Source: Podarcis melisellensis (lineage: Eukaryota). From it: 64,000 nucleotides of DNA. The translations under genes and the position numbers were made by a program. Where the stretch lies: assembly GCA_964234715.1 (NCBI GenBank), contig OZ174275.1; one strand, given 5' to 3'. Shown here in pieces: positions 62,333-64,000 of this stretch. Numbering within the stretch: position 1 is the first letter of the stretch; the number at the start of each line of letters is the position of its first letter. A model generated the notes under the pieces. The model did not search any database and was not told where the DNA came from. It saw only the letters and a list, made by a program, of their open reading frames with translations.

Positions 62333-64000
62333 CCCTTCTTGGCTCCTGGATTTTGTGTGCAATTTCTGTTTGTTAAGGGCTCACCCACAGTTATCTGCAG
62401 TGTGGTTAAAGACACAGGCCTAGGGGCCTGTGTGTAACACCTCTGCTCAAAACTCTAGATGTCCATTTTCCAACAGGCCAAGTTCAAAGTGTTACTATTG
62501 GTACGTAAAGCCTTTACCGGATTGGGACCAGTTTACTTGCAGGATCACCTTACCCCACATGTGCCCTCTTGATGGCTTGGGTCTGCAGAACTGCCGCTGT
62601 TACAGGTGCAACATAAGACCTTTTCTGCACTTTTAAGAAATCCACCTTTTCATATTGCAGCACTTGCACTTTGAAACTCCCTTCCTATTGACATCAGGCT
62701 ATATTATTTTTGGCGCTTGCTTAAAACATTTCTGTTTAGGCAAGCCTATCCAGACATGGAGCAGTTACATGTGTTTTCTCTCTCTTCAGCTACTGTTATA
62801 TTTAATAATGCTCTGGATGTTTTAAAATGCACATACTGAGAATTAAATGTTTATACTTTTGTAAACCCCTCAGTAAACCCCTTACAATCAAGCGATAGAT
62901 AAATTTTGTCAAAATTAAGGAAAAACAAAACACCATGCAGTCATTTTGCTGCCTGGAACACCCACACCGTTTCAAGCTTACAAAAGAAAAGGGAGCACCC
63001 CCAAAAGTTATCTTGAATAGCTTTTAATGCAAAGTATCCTTGAACATGTCCAGAGATGATGCCTAAGGACCTCTAGGATAGTCTTTGGCAGGCAGAGGGA
63101 GGAATGGAGCAGGCCCTTGACATTTTCTGTTGTTTGAAACTCACCCTAAGAAGGTAGGCATTGCTTTTCTGCTGTTTGGTGGAGAAATAACCTCAAATAC
63201 TTCCCACCCCAGCTGATGAAAACCCACCATTGCACCCTGAATCCTGCCCCCGAAATCCAGAATGTGTTTGTGCCCCCCTTCTCTCAACCATCACTGCCTA
63301 CTCTTCAACCCAACATTTGATAATTAGACTGGGCAGCTGCAGCACTTTCCTGACTTGTTCCTATTTCTCCATACAGAGCTCTCCTCTAGTGGAGCTGCAT
63401 TGCTTCCTTTGGCAAAGTGTCCCATCTTAAAGACATCCAGTAGTGGGGGTGGGAACAGTGATCTTTCCAGCCTGACCAGTGAATAGAATAAATCTTCTAC
63501 CAAGGGATGTGCAGGTCTTTTAAGACCTCCTGGCACTATAGTGGATCAGAACCACACTACGTTAGCCCATGCCACTGGTGAACTTAAGAGAGCTCTGTGA
63601 TGCTCAAGACTCTTCTCAATCTTACTTCTGCAGTGAAAAATCATAGGCTGCAATCCCCCCCCCCATTCCCACCCACCCTCCAAGTGAAGAAACCACAGCC
63701 ACATTTTCTGGTCAAAAGTGGTTATTGCACAGTGCGTACAGACTGAAATGTGTACACAACCAATATTATTAAGATTATATACTATCAAACTGGGAGTCTT
63801 AGATCAACCCTCTGCCAGCCACAGTAAAATCACGCTCTTAAAAATAAAAAAGTAAAGACAAAAGATAATTTGGAACAATAACTTATGGCTATCCTATGAG
63901 ACTGAGCAACAGAAGGCTCATTCATTTCTGCTGTGGCTTGGCAAAGCAAGCATTTGGTCCTGAAGGGAAAGGAAACACCTTTTCTTAGTGGACCATATGG

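Noticed and set aside
57825-62340. Iron-responsive elements (CAGTGN loops) in the 3'UTR
   Set aside because: None of the CAGTGN instances I checked has a paired 5-bp upper stem with a bulged C.
62400-64000. 3' end of the convergent neighbour expected from mammalian synteny (PLEKHG3)
   Set aside because: No coding exon or clear minus-strand poly(A) signal is visible, so it cannot be supported here.

Overview
This is vertebrate genomic DNA. The repeat content (tRNA/CR1-tailed SINEs, CR1, L2, L1, Penelope and many MITEs) points to a squamate, probably a lacertid lizard; that assignment is an inference. The window holds essentially the whole coding region of the erythroid beta-I spectrin gene SPTB on the + strand. 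I traced 35 coding exons by hand (numbered 2-36 by analogy with human) from ATG 6501 to TAG 57824, all with GT-AG introns and consistent phases. The long isoform has the PH domain, is beta-I-sigma-2-like and is 2356 aa. Read-through of the exon 32 donor (CTG|GTCAGT) gives a short, erythroid-type isoform of 2146 aa ending VSYQF*, with an intronic AATAAA at 42762. The non-coding first exon is not identifiable in the window, and there is a ~199-nt N gap at 42027-42225. I found no second protein-coding gene, RNA gene or new multi-gene system. The most interesting signals are regulatory or splicing features of SPTB: the short-tail switch, a stop-start uORF over the start codon, a stop-free in-frame intron at the tetramerisation site, a candidate cryptic exon, an L2-derived GATA/AP-1/GATA module, and decayed Penelope hammerheads.
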